From assembly GCA_963786185.1 (NCBI GenBank), contig CAWAYE010000004.1:44105-108104 (forward strand): a DNA stretch of 64,000 bases, written 5' to 3'. This DNA is from an uncultured Thermoleophilia bacterium (GTDB lineage Bacteria > Actinomycetota > Thermoleophilia > Gaiellales > Gaiellaceae). A program made the position numbers and the translations under genes. This document shows positions 53,920 to 63,213 of this stretch, one piece after another (the first letter of the stretch is position 1; every line of letters starts with the position of its first letter). The notes under the pieces were generated by a model. It searched no databases and had not been told where the DNA came from. It saw only the letters and a list, made by a program, of their open reading frames with translations.

Positions 53920-54533
53920 CCAACGCGGCGATCACGAACGTCGAGGGGCGGCCGCTGTCGCAGCGCGGGCTCAACACGCGGCGCCGCCTGCTCGATGCGG
54001 CCGAGCGGATCTTCGGCGAGCTCGGATACCACGACGCGTCGATCGTCAAGCTCGCGGAGGCCGCCGGCGTCGCGACCGGCACCTTCTATCTCTACTTCGA
54101 CTCCAAGCGCTCGATCTTCGACGAGCTCATCCGCGACCTCAACCGCCGCATCCGGCAGGCGATGAAGGAGGGGTCGTCGCAGGGGACGACGCGTCTCGAG
54201 GCCGAGCTGCTCGGCTTCGACGCCTACTTCCGCTTCACGCGCGACCACCCGTCCCTGTACCGGATCATCCGGCAGGCGGAGTTCGTCTCCCCCGAGATGC
54301 TCCACTTCCACTACGACCGCCTGTCGCGGGGGTACATCGAGGCGCTCCGCGAAGCCGCCGAGCGCGGCGAGGTCGGGCCGCTCGACGCCGAGGTGACCGC
54401 GTTCGCACTCATGGGCCTCGGCGAGATGATCGGCATGCGCTGGATCGTGTGGGGCGGCGAAGAGCCGGTGCCCGGCCGCGTGGTCGACGAGCTGCGCAGG
54501 ATCGTCGGTGCGGTGCTCGGAGCGCGCCCGTGA
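53916..54533 (+). CDS. TetR family transcriptional regulator
   Basis: GTG 53916 (GTGA overlap) in ORF 52527..54533. The HTH reads ASIVKLAEAAGVATGTFYLYFDSK. Confidence 0.9.
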   Translation: MTNAAITNVEGRPLSQRGLNTRRRLLDAAERIFGELGYHDASIVKLAEAAGVATGTFYLYFDSKRSIFDELIRDLNRRIRQAMKEGSSQGTTRLEAELLGFDAYFRFTRDHPSLYRIIRQAEFVSPEMLHFHYDRLSRGYIEALREAAERGEVGPLDAEVTAFALMGLGEMIGMRWIVWGGEEPVPGRVVDELRRIVGAVLGARP

Positions 54534-55525
54534 GACGAGTCGGCCTCGTCGCGACCGCGTCGTACCTGCCCGAGCGGTGGATGCCGGCGTCGGAGATCGC
54601 CGCGCTGTCCGACATTCCCGAGGAGATCCTCGTCGAGCGCTTCGGGCTGCGCGGGAAGCACATTGCAGCGCCCGATGAGCACGTGAGCGACATGTCGGTC
54701 ACGGCTGCACAGCGTCTGCTCGAGGAATCCGGTGTCGACCCGCTCGCGATCGACGTCGTCATGTACTTCGGCTCGACCTGGAAGGACTATCCGGTCTGGC
54801 AGGCCGCGCCGCACATCGCACACCGACTCGGCGCGACGAAGTCGTTCGCGGTCGAGTACGACAACGTCTCGCACGGGACGTCGATCGCCCTGCGGATCGC
54901 CCGCGACGTGCTGCGCGCCGAGGACGAGCTCCGCACGATCCTGATGGTCGCCGCCTGCCGCGAGTCGTACCTCCTGGACTACGGGAACAACCGCTCTCGC
55001 TTCATGTTCAACTTCGGAGACGGCGCCGTCGCCGGCCTGCTCGTCGCCGATCCCGACCGCAACGAGACGCTGGGGGCGCACGCGATCACCGACGGCTCCT
55101 ACTCGCTCCAGGTCAAGCTGGCCGGCGGCGGCTCGGCCGACCCCGACGGGTACCGCTACCTCGACGTCGACGACCCCGCCTCGATGAAGGCCGGTCTCGA
55201 CCAGGTGTCGCTGCCGAACTTCATCGAGGTCGCGAGGGGCGCCCTCGAGCGCTCGGGCCTCGGGCTCGACGACCTGACGTTCCTCTGCCCGCTGCACACG
55301 AAGCGCTCGATGTTCAGGGCGTTGCTCGAGGGCCTCGGGATCGGCGAAGATCGAGCCGTGTATCTGGAGGACACCGGGCACATGAGCGGGGTCGACCCGC
55401 TGCTCGCGCTCGATCGCGCGGAGCGCGAGGGCCGGCTCGCGGACGGCGACGTGGTGCTGCTGCTCTCGGCCGGCACCGGCTACACGTGGGCGGCCGCGAC
55501 GGTGCGGTGGGGGCCGGTGCGATGA
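54530..55525 (+). CDS. KAS III (FabH)-like thiolase-fold protein with a non-canonical active site
   Basis: GTG 54530 (GTGA overlap). FabH-like throughout (SYLPER.., FGDGAVAG, GTGYTWAA). By eye, the Cys, His and Asn positions read Ser (DNVSHG), His (PLHTK) and His (TGHMSG). Confidence 0.8.
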   Translation: MRRVGLVATASYLPERWMPASEIAALSDIPEEILVERFGLRGKHIAAPDEHVSDMSVTAAQRLLEESGVDPLAIDVVMYFGSTWKDYPVWQAAPHIAHRLGATKSFAVEYDNVSHGTSIALRIARDVLRAEDELRTILMVAACRESYLLDYGNNRSRFMFNFGDGAVAGLLVADPDRNETLGAHAITDGSYSLQVKLAGGGSADPDGYRYLDVDDPASMKAGLDQVSLPNFIEVARGALERSGLGLDDLTFLCPLHTKRSMFRALLEGLGIGEDRAVYLEDTGHMSGVDPLLALDRAEREGRLADGDVVLLLSAGTGYTWAAATVRWGPVR

Positions 55526-55938
55526 AGGTCGGCGAGACCTACGGGCCCTCCAGCTGGATCGAGATCACGCAGGACCGGATCGACGCGTTCGCCGAGGCCA
55601 CCGGCGATCACCAGTGGATCCACGTCGACCCGGAGCGCGCGAAAGACGGCCCCTTCGGGACCACGATCGCCCATGGCTACCTCACGCTCTCGCTCCTGAC
55701 GGTCGCGTCGTACGAGGTGACGCCGCGAAGCGGGCGCATGGGCATCAACTACGGCCTGAACCGCGTGCGCTTCACGGCGCCCGTTCCCGTCGACTCCCGG
55801 GTGCGGGCGTCGTTCGAGGTGATCGCCGTGGACGAGTTCGACGGCGGCTCGCAGGCGACGATGAAGGCGACGGTCGAGCGCGAGGGCGGCGACAAGCCCG
55901 TCTGCGTCGCCGAGGTCGTCTTCAGGCACTACGACTAG
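55522..55938 (+). CDS. MaoC-like (R)-specific enoyl-CoA hydratase/dehydratase
   Basis: ATG 55522 (ATGA overlap). The hot-dog fold motif ATGDHQWIHVDPERA is present. Confidence 0.88.
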   Translation: MKVGETYGPSSWIEITQDRIDAFAEATGDHQWIHVDPERAKDGPFGTTIAHGYLTLSLLTVASYEVTPRSGRMGINYGLNRVRFTAPVPVDSRVRASFEVIAVDEFDGGSQATMKATVEREGGDKPVCVAEVVFRHYD

Positions 55939-55945
55939 ACGGCGG

Positions 55946-56653
55946 ATGGCGAGGGTCGCGCTCGTCACGGGAGCCCGCGGCGGCATCGGCGCCGCCGTCG
56001 TCGAGCGCCTCGAGCGAGACGGTTGGCTCGTCGCCGGGGTCGACATCGAGGACGCGGACCTCACGACCTCCGAAGGCAACCGGTCCGTCGTCGCGGACAC
56101 CCTCGACCGGTACGGCCGCCTCGACGCGCTGGTTCCGAACGCCGGCTTCCAGCACGTCGCCCCGGTCCGGGAGTTTCCCGAGGAGGCGTGGGACCGCCTG
56201 CTCGCCGTGCTCCTGACCTCGCCGTTCCTGCTCGCGAAGCACGCCTGGGACGCCCTGGCGGCGTCGGGTGACGGCCGGATCTGCGTGATCGCGTCCACGC
56301 ACGCCCTCACCGCCTCGCCGTTCAAGGCGGGCTACGTCGCCGCCAAGCACGGAGTGCTCGGGCTCGTGAAGACGCTCGCGCTCGAGGGCGCGCCCGTCGG
56401 CATCAGCGCAACGGCCGTCTGCCCCGCCTACGTCCGCACCCCGCTGGTCGAGCGCCAGATCCAAGACCAGGCTCGGGCCCACGACCTCCCGCCCGAGCAG
56501 GTGCTCGAGCAGGTGCTCCTGGAGCGGCAGGCGGTCAAGCGCCTGCTCGAGCCGGCCGAGGTCGCGGCGCTCGTCGCCTACCTGCTCGGCCCGGAGGGCC
56601 GCGGCTTCACGGGCGTCCCGCTGCCGCTCGACCTGGGCTGGACCGCGGCCTAG
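55946..56653 (+). CDS. Short-chain dehydrogenase, 3-hydroxybutyrate dehydrogenase-like
   Basis: [11 protein letters not shown] and S..YVAAKH (YxxxK) are present. The C-terminal half resembles BdhA ([18 protein letters not shown]). Confidence 0.85.
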   Translation: MARVALVTGARGGIGAAVVERLERDGWLVAGVDIEDADLTTSEGNRSVVADTLDRYGRLDALVPNAGFQHVAPVREFPEEAWDRLLAVLLTSPFLLAKHAWDALAASGDGRICVIASTHALTASPFKAGYVAAKHGVLGLVKTLALEGAPVGISATAVCPAYVRTPLVERQIQDQARAHDLPPEQVLEQVLLERQAVKRLLEPAEVAALVAYLLGPEGRGFTGVPLPLDLGWTAA

Positions 56654-56672
56654 GCGGGAGGTCGCAGTCGCG

Positions 56673-58127
56673 ATGCGGGATACTCGGGCGGTGTCAGGCG
56701 TGCTGTCGCGGGAGGCGCTCGCCTTCGTCGACCGTCTCCACCGCGAGCTCGATCCCGAGCGGCAGCGCCTGCTCGCGGCGCGCGAGGCGCGGAAAGGAGA
56801 ACGGCCGGTGTTCGTGGCCGCGCCGGAGGACTTCACGGTCGCGCCGGCGCCCGCCGACCTGAGCGACCGGCGGGTCGAGATCACCGGCCCGGTCGACCGC
56901 AAGATGATGATCAACGCGCTCAACTCGGGCGCGCGCGTCTTCATGGCGGACTTCGAGGACGCGAACTCGCCGACGTGGGAGAACGTGCAGGCCGGGCAGC
57001 AGAACGTGTACGACGCCGTCCGCGGCACGATCGAGCTGGAGACGCCGGAGAAGCGCTATCGCCTGAACGACGAGACGGCGACGCTCGTGATCCGGAACCG
57101 GGGCTGGCATCTCGTCGAGCGCCATCATCGCGTCGACGGCACGCCCGTCAGCGCCTCGCTGTTCGACTTCGGGCTCACGGTGCACGCGAACGCGCGCGAG
57201 CAGCTCGAGCGCGGCACCGGTCCGTACTTCTACATCCCCAAGCTCGAGTCGCACGAGGAAGCCCGCCTCTGGGCGCGGGCGTTCTCGCTCGCCGAGGACG
57301 AGCTCGGCCTGCCGCACGGCTCGATCAAGTGCACCGTCCTGATCGAGACGATCCTCGCGGCGTTCGAGATGGACGCGATCCTGTACGAGCTGCGCGACCA
57401 TTCGTGCGCGCTGAACGCCGGTCGCTGGGACTACATCTTCAGCTGCATCAAGAAGATGGGCGCGCTGCTTCCCGATCGCGCCCAGGTGACGATGACGGTG
57501 CCGTTCATGCGCGCGTACTCGGAGCTCCTGGTGCGGACGTGCCACGCCCGCGGTGCGCACGCGATCGGCGGCATGGCGGCGTTCATCCCGTCGCGGCGCG
57601 ACCCGGCCGTGAACGAGCTCGCGCTCGCGAAGGTCGGCGAGGACAAGCGCCGCGAGGCCGGCGACGGCTTCGACGGGACGTGGGTCGCGCACCCCGACCT
57701 CGTCGCGACGGCGCAGGCGGAGTTCGACGCGGTGCTCGGCTCGCGCGCCAACCAGCTCGAGCGGTTGCGCGACGACGTGCACGTCACCGAGCAGCAGCTC
57801 GTCGACTTCGACATTCCGGGCGGCGAGATCACCGACGAGGGCCTGCGCGTGAACGTGAGCGTCGGGGTCCGCTACGTCGACGCGTGGCTGCACGGTGTCG
57901 GGGCGGCCGCGATCGACAACCTGATGGAAGATGCGGCGACGGCCGAGATTTCGCGTGCGCAGGTGTGGTCGTGGGTGCAGTCGGGACGCTTCGACGTCCC
58001 GCGCGTGCGCGACGAGATCGCCGGCGTCGACGCGTCGGACGCGGCGAAGGAGGTGTTCGCCGACGTCGCCCTGTCGGTGCCGATGAAGGACTTCCTGACG
58101 ACGACGGCCTACGACCGGCTGCCGTGA
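56673..58127 (+). CDS. aceB: Malate synthase A
   Basis: 484 aa with [37 protein letters not shown] and [10 protein letters not shown]. Confidence 0.92.
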   Translation: MRDTRAVSGVLSREALAFVDRLHRELDPERQRLLAAREARKGERPVFVAAPEDFTVAPAPADLSDRRVEITGPVDRKMMINALNSGARVFMADFEDANSPTWENVQAGQQNVYDAVRGTIELETPEKRYRLNDETATLVIRNRGWHLVERHHRVDGTPVSASLFDFGLTVHANAREQLERGTGPYFYIPKLESHEEARLWARAFSLAEDELGLPHGSIKCTVLIETILAAFEMDAILYELRDHSCALNAGRWDYIFSCIKKMGALLPDRAQVTMTVPFMRAYSELLVRTCHARGAHAIGGMAAFIPSRRDPAVNELALAKVGEDKRREAGDGFDGTWVAHPDLVATAQAEFDAVLGSRANQLERLRDDVHVTEQQLVDFDIPGGEITDEGLRVNVSVGVRYVDAWLHGVGAAAIDNLMEDAATAEISRAQVWSWVQSGRFDVPRVRDEIAGVDASDAAKEVFADVALSVPMKDFLTTTAYDRLP

Positions 58128-58828
58128 TCGGCGCGCTCGAGCAGGCGGGCGACCAGCTCGCCGGCGGAGCGCACGTGATCGGCCATCGCAGCCCGGGCAC
58201 CCGCGGGGTCGCGCCGCTCGATCATCGTCAGGATCCGATGGTGCTGCTCGACGTTCTCGGCCAGCAGGTGGGAGCTGTGGCTCAACGCCGTCCAGGTGAG
58301 ATGGCGAGGGAAGCTGCGATGCAGCTGCGCGATCGCCGCGAGCAGCTGGGCGTTGTCGGCCGCCTGCTGGATCACTTGATGGAAGAGGTTGTTGGCGTGC
58401 TCCCAGTCGCTCTCCGCCGTCCACGGGTGGTCGCGCTCGCCGCGGTCGCGGCCGTCGATCACGCCGTCGATCGCGTGGTGGAACTCCGCGTCGGCCTGCC
58501 GTAGGCGGTCGAGGTCGTCGTCGCCGATGCGCGTCGTCGCGACCTCCGCGGCGAGGCCCTCGAGCTCGGCGCGCACGAGGTAGGCCTCCCGGACCTCCCG
58601 CGCCGTGGGGACGCGCACGAGCGCGCCGCGGTGGGGCTCGACCGCGACGATGCCGGTCGACTGGAGCTTGCGCAGCGCCTCGCGGACCGGCGTCCGGCTC
58701 ACCCCGAACTCGCTGGCGAGCGTCTCCTGGCGGAGCCGCGTGCCCGAGCTGATCTCCCCGCTCAGGATGCGCGACTGGATCGCGGCCGCCAGGCGGTCGA
58801 CGAGGCCGTCTCCCCCCAGCGTCGTCAT
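58109..58828 (-). CDS. GntR family transcriptional regulator, FadR/FCD subfamily
   Basis: 239 aa. It has the N-terminal wHTH ([19 protein letters not shown]) and a helical FCD-like C-terminal domain. ATGA overlap with the upstream TauE gene. Confidence 0.9.
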   Translation of the reverse strand: MTTLGGDGLVDRLAAAIQSRILSGEISSGTRLRQETLASEFGVSRTPVREALRKLQSTGIVAVEPHRGALVRVPTAREVREAYLVRAELEGLAAEVATTRIGDDDLDRLRQADAEFHHAIDGVIDGRDRGERDHPWTAESDWEHANNLFHQVIQQAADNAQLLAAIAQLHRSFPRHLTWTALSHSSHLLAENVEQHHRILTMIERRDPAGARAAMADHVRSAGELVARLLERADHGSRS

Positions 58829-59548
58829 TCCGAGACGAGACTGTCGCGGACGAGGCGGACGGCGACGAGCGCGAGGAAGCCGGCGAAGACGAAGCGCAGC
58901 ACGTGCGCGGGGAGCGCCAGCGCGAGCAGCGCCCCGAGGACGCCGCCGGCCGCGCCGAGCACCCCGAAGCGGAGCGCGACCCCCAGGTCGCCGACGCCGC
59001 GGCGCCGCAGGACGATGCTCGCGACGACTGCGGTGGGGAGGACGACGAGGAGCGACGTCGCCTCCGCCTCGTGCTGCGACATCCCGACCGCGAGCGTGAG
59101 GAACGGGACGAGCAGCGTGCCGCCGCCGACGCCGAGCAGCCCGGCCGCGCCTCCGGCGACGATCCCGAAGCCGGCGAGCGCCAGGTAGAGGCCGGCTCCG
59201 CTCATCGCACGAACATCGCGATCGACACGGCCGCGAGGAACAGCCCGAACACGAGCTTCAGCCGTCGTTCCCGGATCCGCGAGAGCGCGCCCGCCCCGAT
59301 GCGGGCGCCGACGATCGACCCGGCCGCCAGGACCGCCGCGTCGCCCGGGCGGACCTTGCCGGCGACGCCGTACGTCAGCACGCTCGCGAGGCTGATCGGG
59401 ATGATCGCCCCGAGCGAGGCCGCGTGCGCGTCGCGCTGCCCGTAGCCCGCCCAGAACACGAGCAGCGGCACCATCACGATCCCGCCGCCGACGCCGAGCA
59501 GGCCCGAGAGGAGGCCGCCGAGGCCGCCGATCGCGACGAGCCGGGCAT
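58825..59548 (-). pseudogene. TauE/SafE family sulfite/organosulfonate exporter, read in three frame segments (two apparent 1-nt deletions)
   Basis: The C-terminal half (58825..59205) reads MSGAGLYLALAGF..LLGVGGGTLLVPFL... The N-terminal half (ORF 59202..59477 and its upstream extension) reads LVAIGGLGGLLSGLLGVGGGIVMVPLL..AMFVR*. The only upstream ATG (59548, MPG..) is in a third frame. Restoring one base at ccgg(g)ctc and one at cga(a)tg gives a single protein of about 241 aa. Confidence 0.7.
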
Positions 59549-59633
59549 CGAGCGCGTGGCTCCGCGCGCGCTCGCCGTCCGCGCCCGGCGCGAGCTGCGG
59601 CGGGGTGGTGCCGAGCGGAGCGCCGATGCCCGC

Positions 59634-59684
59634 ACGATACCGCCTTTGGATCCAGTTGACAAGCGAACGGATCCAAACTACGCT
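59634..59684. promoter_or_regulatory. Symmetric divergent promoter pair with an embedded 9-bp inverted repeat operator
   Basis: Plus strand: TTGACA (59656-61), N17, TACGCT (59679-84). Minus strand: TTGTCA (complement of 59657-62), N17, TATCGT (complement of 59634-39). The inverted repeat is TTTGGATCC (59645-53), N15, GGATCCAAA (59669-77). Confidence 0.5.
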
Positions 59685-59763
59685 CCCTGGTCCCTCACCT
59701 CAGGAGGGGCACCCGTTCCTCGACGTCCGAGCGATCGGCCGTTCGAACTCAGGGGGATTGCAC

Positions 59764-61362
59764 ATGAGAGGCTCACTGAGGCGCTTCGCACTGCTGGCCG
59801 TCGGGCTGGCGGTGATCGGGGCGCTCACGGCCGCCGTCGCCGGCGCCGGCCGCACCCAGACCGCCGGGATCAAGGACGGCGGCACCCTCACGATCGGGCT
59901 GGCCGAGGAGCCCGATGTCCTCGACCCCACCCTCGCTCGCACGTTCGTGGGCCGGATCGTCTTCCTGTCGATGTGCGAGAAGCTCTACGACCTCGACAAG
60001 AACCTGAACATCGTCCCGCAGCTCGCCGCCGCGCTGCCGCAGGTGTCGGCGGACAAGCTCACGTACACGATCAAGCTCCGCACGGGCGTGAAGTTCAACG
60101 ACGGCACGGCGATGGACGCCGCTGCCGTGAAGGAGTCGCTCGACCGGCACCTGACGCTGAAGGGATCGGTCCGCGCGAGCGAGATCTCCCCGATCAAGAC
60201 GGTGGCGACGTCCGGCACCAACACCGTTGTGCTGCACCTCTCGTCCCCGTACTCGCCGCTCACGGCGCAGCTCGCCGACCGCGCGGGGATGATCATGTCG
60301 CCGAAGGCGCTCGACGCGGAAGGGGCGAACTTCGCGCAGAACCCGGTTTGCGTCGGCCCCTTCATGTACAAGGACCGGGTCGCCGGCGACCACATCACGC
60401 TCGTCAAGTCGCCGTACTACTACGACAAGAGCAAGGTGCACTTCGCGTCGATCGTCTACCGGATCATGACCGACCCGAGCTCCCGCACCCAGGCGCTCCG
60501 TGCCGGCGACATCCAGGTCGAGGACCGCATCCAGTCGACCGACGTCCCGACGCTGCAGAAGGACAAGAACGTCTCGGTCGCCAAGGCGGTGACGATCGGC
60601 TACCAGGGCCTGACGTTCAACGTCGGCAACAAGTCGGGCGTCGGCAAGCCGTACAGCAGCGTCGGTACGCCGCTCGCGAAGTCCCAGTTCATCCGCACGG
60701 CGTTCGACCTCGCACTCGACCGGACGACGATCAACAAGGTGGTGTTCGGCGGCCTCAACCTGCCCGACTGCTATCCGGTCGCGCCGGTGAGCCCGTGGTA
60801 CAAGCCCACGACGAAGGGCCTGCAGTGCGATCTGCACGCGAACACCGCGCTCGCCTCGAAGCTGGTCAAGGCGTCCGGGATCGACTCGCCGACCGTGCAC
60901 GTGATGCTCGGTGGGACCGATCCGGTCACCGTGCGGCTCGGCCAGGTGATCCAGTCGATGGAGAAGGCGGTCGGGATCAACGTCACCGTCGACCCGACCG
61001 AGTTCACGACGTCGCTCAACAAGGCGACGGCCGGCTCGTTCGACGCATATACGATCGGCTGGTCGGGTCGCGTCGACCCCGACGGCAACATCTACGGCTT
61101 CGTCGCGTCACCCGGAACGCTGAACTACTCGGGGTACAGCAACGCGAAGCTCGACTACATCCTGAACGGCGCCCGGAAGTCGGTGACGACCAAGGCACGC
61201 GACACCCTGTACCGCGCCGCGATGCAGATCATCCACCGCGACCGGCCGCTCATCTACCTGTACCACCCGATCAACTACTACGGCATCTCGAAGAAGGTCT
61301 CGGGAATCCAGATCTACGGTGACGGCCTGATCCGCGCACAGTACGGCGCCTTCGTGCAGTAG
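59764..61362 (+). CDS. ABC transporter substrate-binding protein, family 5 (DppA/OppA-like)
   Basis: ATG 59764 lies in ORF 59605..61362 and is preceded by AGGGGGA. It has a signal peptide and the family 5 SBP pattern. Confidence 0.9.
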   Translation: MRGSLRRFALLAVGLAVIGALTAAVAGAGRTQTAGIKDGGTLTIGLAEEPDVLDPTLARTFVGRIVFLSMCEKLYDLDKNLNIVPQLAAALPQVSADKLTYTIKLRTGVKFNDGTAMDAAAVKESLDRHLTLKGSVRASEISPIKTVATSGTNTVVLHLSSPYSPLTAQLADRAGMIMSPKALDAEGANFAQNPVCVGPFMYKDRVAGDHITLVKSPYYYDKSKVHFASIVYRIMTDPSSRTQALRAGDIQVEDRIQSTDVPTLQKDKNVSVAKAVTIGYQGLTFNVGNKSGVGKPYSSVGTPLAKSQFIRTAFDLALDRTTINKVVFGGLNLPDCYPVAPVSPWYKPTTKGLQCDLHANTALASKLVKASGIDSPTVHVMLGGTDPVTVRLGQVIQSMEKAVGINVTVDPTEFTTSLNKATAGSFDAYTIGWSGRVDPDGNIYGFVASPGTLNYSGYSNAKLDYILNGARKSVTTKARDTLYRAAMQIIHRDRPLIYLYHPINYYGISKKVSGIQIYGDGLIRAQYGAFVQ

Positions 61363-61385
61363 GCGCGGACGGCGACTGGGCGACG

Positions 61386-62339
61386 ATGGGCGGCTTCCTC
61401 CTTCGCAAGGTGGGTGCCGCCCTCGTCGTCGTGACGCTCTCGAGCATCGTCGTCTTCGCCGGCGTCCGCGCGCTGCCCGGCGACCCGGCGGTCGCCCTGA
61501 GCGGCGAGAACAACGACCCGGCCGTGCTCGCCGCGGTCCGTGAGAAGTACGGCCTCGACAAGCCGCTGCCGGTCCAGTACGTGAAGTGGGTCTGGCGCGC
61601 GGTTCACGGCGACCTGGGCGTCGACTCGCGAGACCTCTCGGTCGCGCACACGATCGTCACGCGGATCCCGATCACGCTCGAACTCGCGCTACTCGCCGTC
61701 CTGCTCGGCGCGACGATCGGCATCGGCGCGGGGGTGATCGCCGCGGTCCGGCGCGGCAAGCCCTCCGACCACGTGGCGACGACGTTCGCCCTGGCCGGCC
61801 TCTCGATGCCCCATTTCTGGCTGGGGCTGCTCCTGATCATCCTGTTCGCCGTCGACCTGGGCTGGCTGCCGGCGAGCGGCTACGTCTCGTTCGGGTCCCA
61901 TCCGCTCCAGAATCTCGAGCACATGGTCCTGCCGGCGGTGGTGCTCGGGACGGGGCTGTCTGCCGTGCTGATGCGGCAGATGCGCTCCTCGATGCTCGCG
62001 TCGCTCGGCGCCGACTACGTGCGGACGGCGCGCGCGAAGGGCCTCTCGGAATGGTCGGTCGTCGGCAAGCACGCGCTCCGCAACAGCCTGATCACCGTCA
62101 CGACCGTGATCGGGCTCCAGCTCGGCGCGCTGATCTCGGGCGCCGTGATCACCGAGCAGATCTTCGTGATTCCCGGGTTCGGGAGGCTGACGATCGAGGC
62201 AATCAACCAGCGCGACTACACGCTGCTGCAGGGGGTCGTGCTCGTAGCGGCGACGGGGTACGTGGTCGTGAACCTGCTCGTCGACGTCGTCTACTCGCTG
62301 CTGAACCCGCGCATCCGCGTGTCCGGGGCGTCGCCGTGA
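61386..62339 (+). CDS. Peptide/nickel-type ABC permease (DppB/OppB-like)
   Basis: 317 aa with the N-terminal LRK.. helix and an EAA-type loop (YVRTARAKGLSE). Confidence 0.92.
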   Translation: MGGFLLRKVGAALVVVTLSSIVVFAGVRALPGDPAVALSGENNDPAVLAAVREKYGLDKPLPVQYVKWVWRAVHGDLGVDSRDLSVAHTIVTRIPITLELALLAVLLGATIGIGAGVIAAVRRGKPSDHVATTFALAGLSMPHFWLGLLLIILFAVDLGWLPASGYVSFGSHPLQNLEHMVLPAVVLGTGLSAVLMRQMRSSMLASLGADYVRTARAKGLSEWSVVGKHALRNSLITVTTVIGLQLGALISGAVITEQIFVIPGFGRLTIEAINQRDYTLLQGVVLVAATGYVVVNLLVDVVYSLLNPRIRVSGASP

Positions 62340-63213
62340 GCTCCGTCACCGCCGTCTCCACGCTCAGCCCGCGCGCGCGCCGGCGGCGCCTCGTCCGCCG
62401 GCGGTTCCTGCGCCGGCCGCTCGCGGTCGCCGGGCTGGTCGTCGCGCTCACGTTCATCGTGGCGGCGATCCTGGCGCCATCGTCGCGCCGTACTCCGCCG
62501 GCGCGACCGACTTCAACGCGATGCTCGCGCATCCGTCGCGGCACCATCTGCTCGGCACGGACGAACTCGGGCGGGACGTCTTCTCGCGGATCGTCTGGGG
62601 GTCGCGTGCCTCGATCGAGGCGGGCGTCTTCGCGACGCTGCTCGCGCTCGTCGTCGCCGTGCCGATCGGCGTGATCGCCGGGTACTACCGCGGCTGGGTC
62701 GACACCGTGATCGCGCGGCTCACGGACGTCCTGCTCGCGTTCCCGTTCCTGATCGTCGCCGTCGGTCTGGCGGCGATCCTCGGCCCGTCGCTCACGAACG
62801 CGACGATCGCGCTCGGGATCGGTGCGGCGCCGGGCCTGATCCGGATCGCGCGCGGCGAGGCGCTCGCCCTCCGCGAGGAGGACTACGTACGCGCGGCCGT
62901 CGCGAACGGTGCGAGCGACGTACGGATCCTCGCGCGGCACGTGCTGCCGAACATGCTCTCGACGCTGATCGTGCAGGCGACCGTCGCGATCCCGGCCGCG
63001 ATCATCGGCGAGGCCGTGCTGTCGTTCCTCGGCCTCGGCGTCCAGCCACCCACGCCGTCGTGGGGCGTGATGCTGTCCGACGCACAGTCGTACCTCTCGC
63101 AGGCGCCGAGCCTCGCCGTCTATCCGGGGATCGCGATCTTCGTCTGTTCGTTGTCCTTCAACCTGCTCGGGGACGGCTTGCGCGACGTGCTCGATCCGCG
63201 CACGACGCGATGA
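62336..63213 (+). pseudogene. Peptide/nickel-type ABC permease (DppC/OppC-like), disrupted by a 1-nt deletion near 62478
   Basis: GTG 62336 (GTGA overlap) reads ..RRFLRRPLAVAGLVVALTFIVAAILAP and then goes out of frame. The frame of ORF 62521..63213 reads IVAPYSAGATDFNAMLAHPSRHHLLGTDELGRDVFSRIVWG from 62479. One missing base in ctggcgcc-atc rejoins them. Confidence 0.85.
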
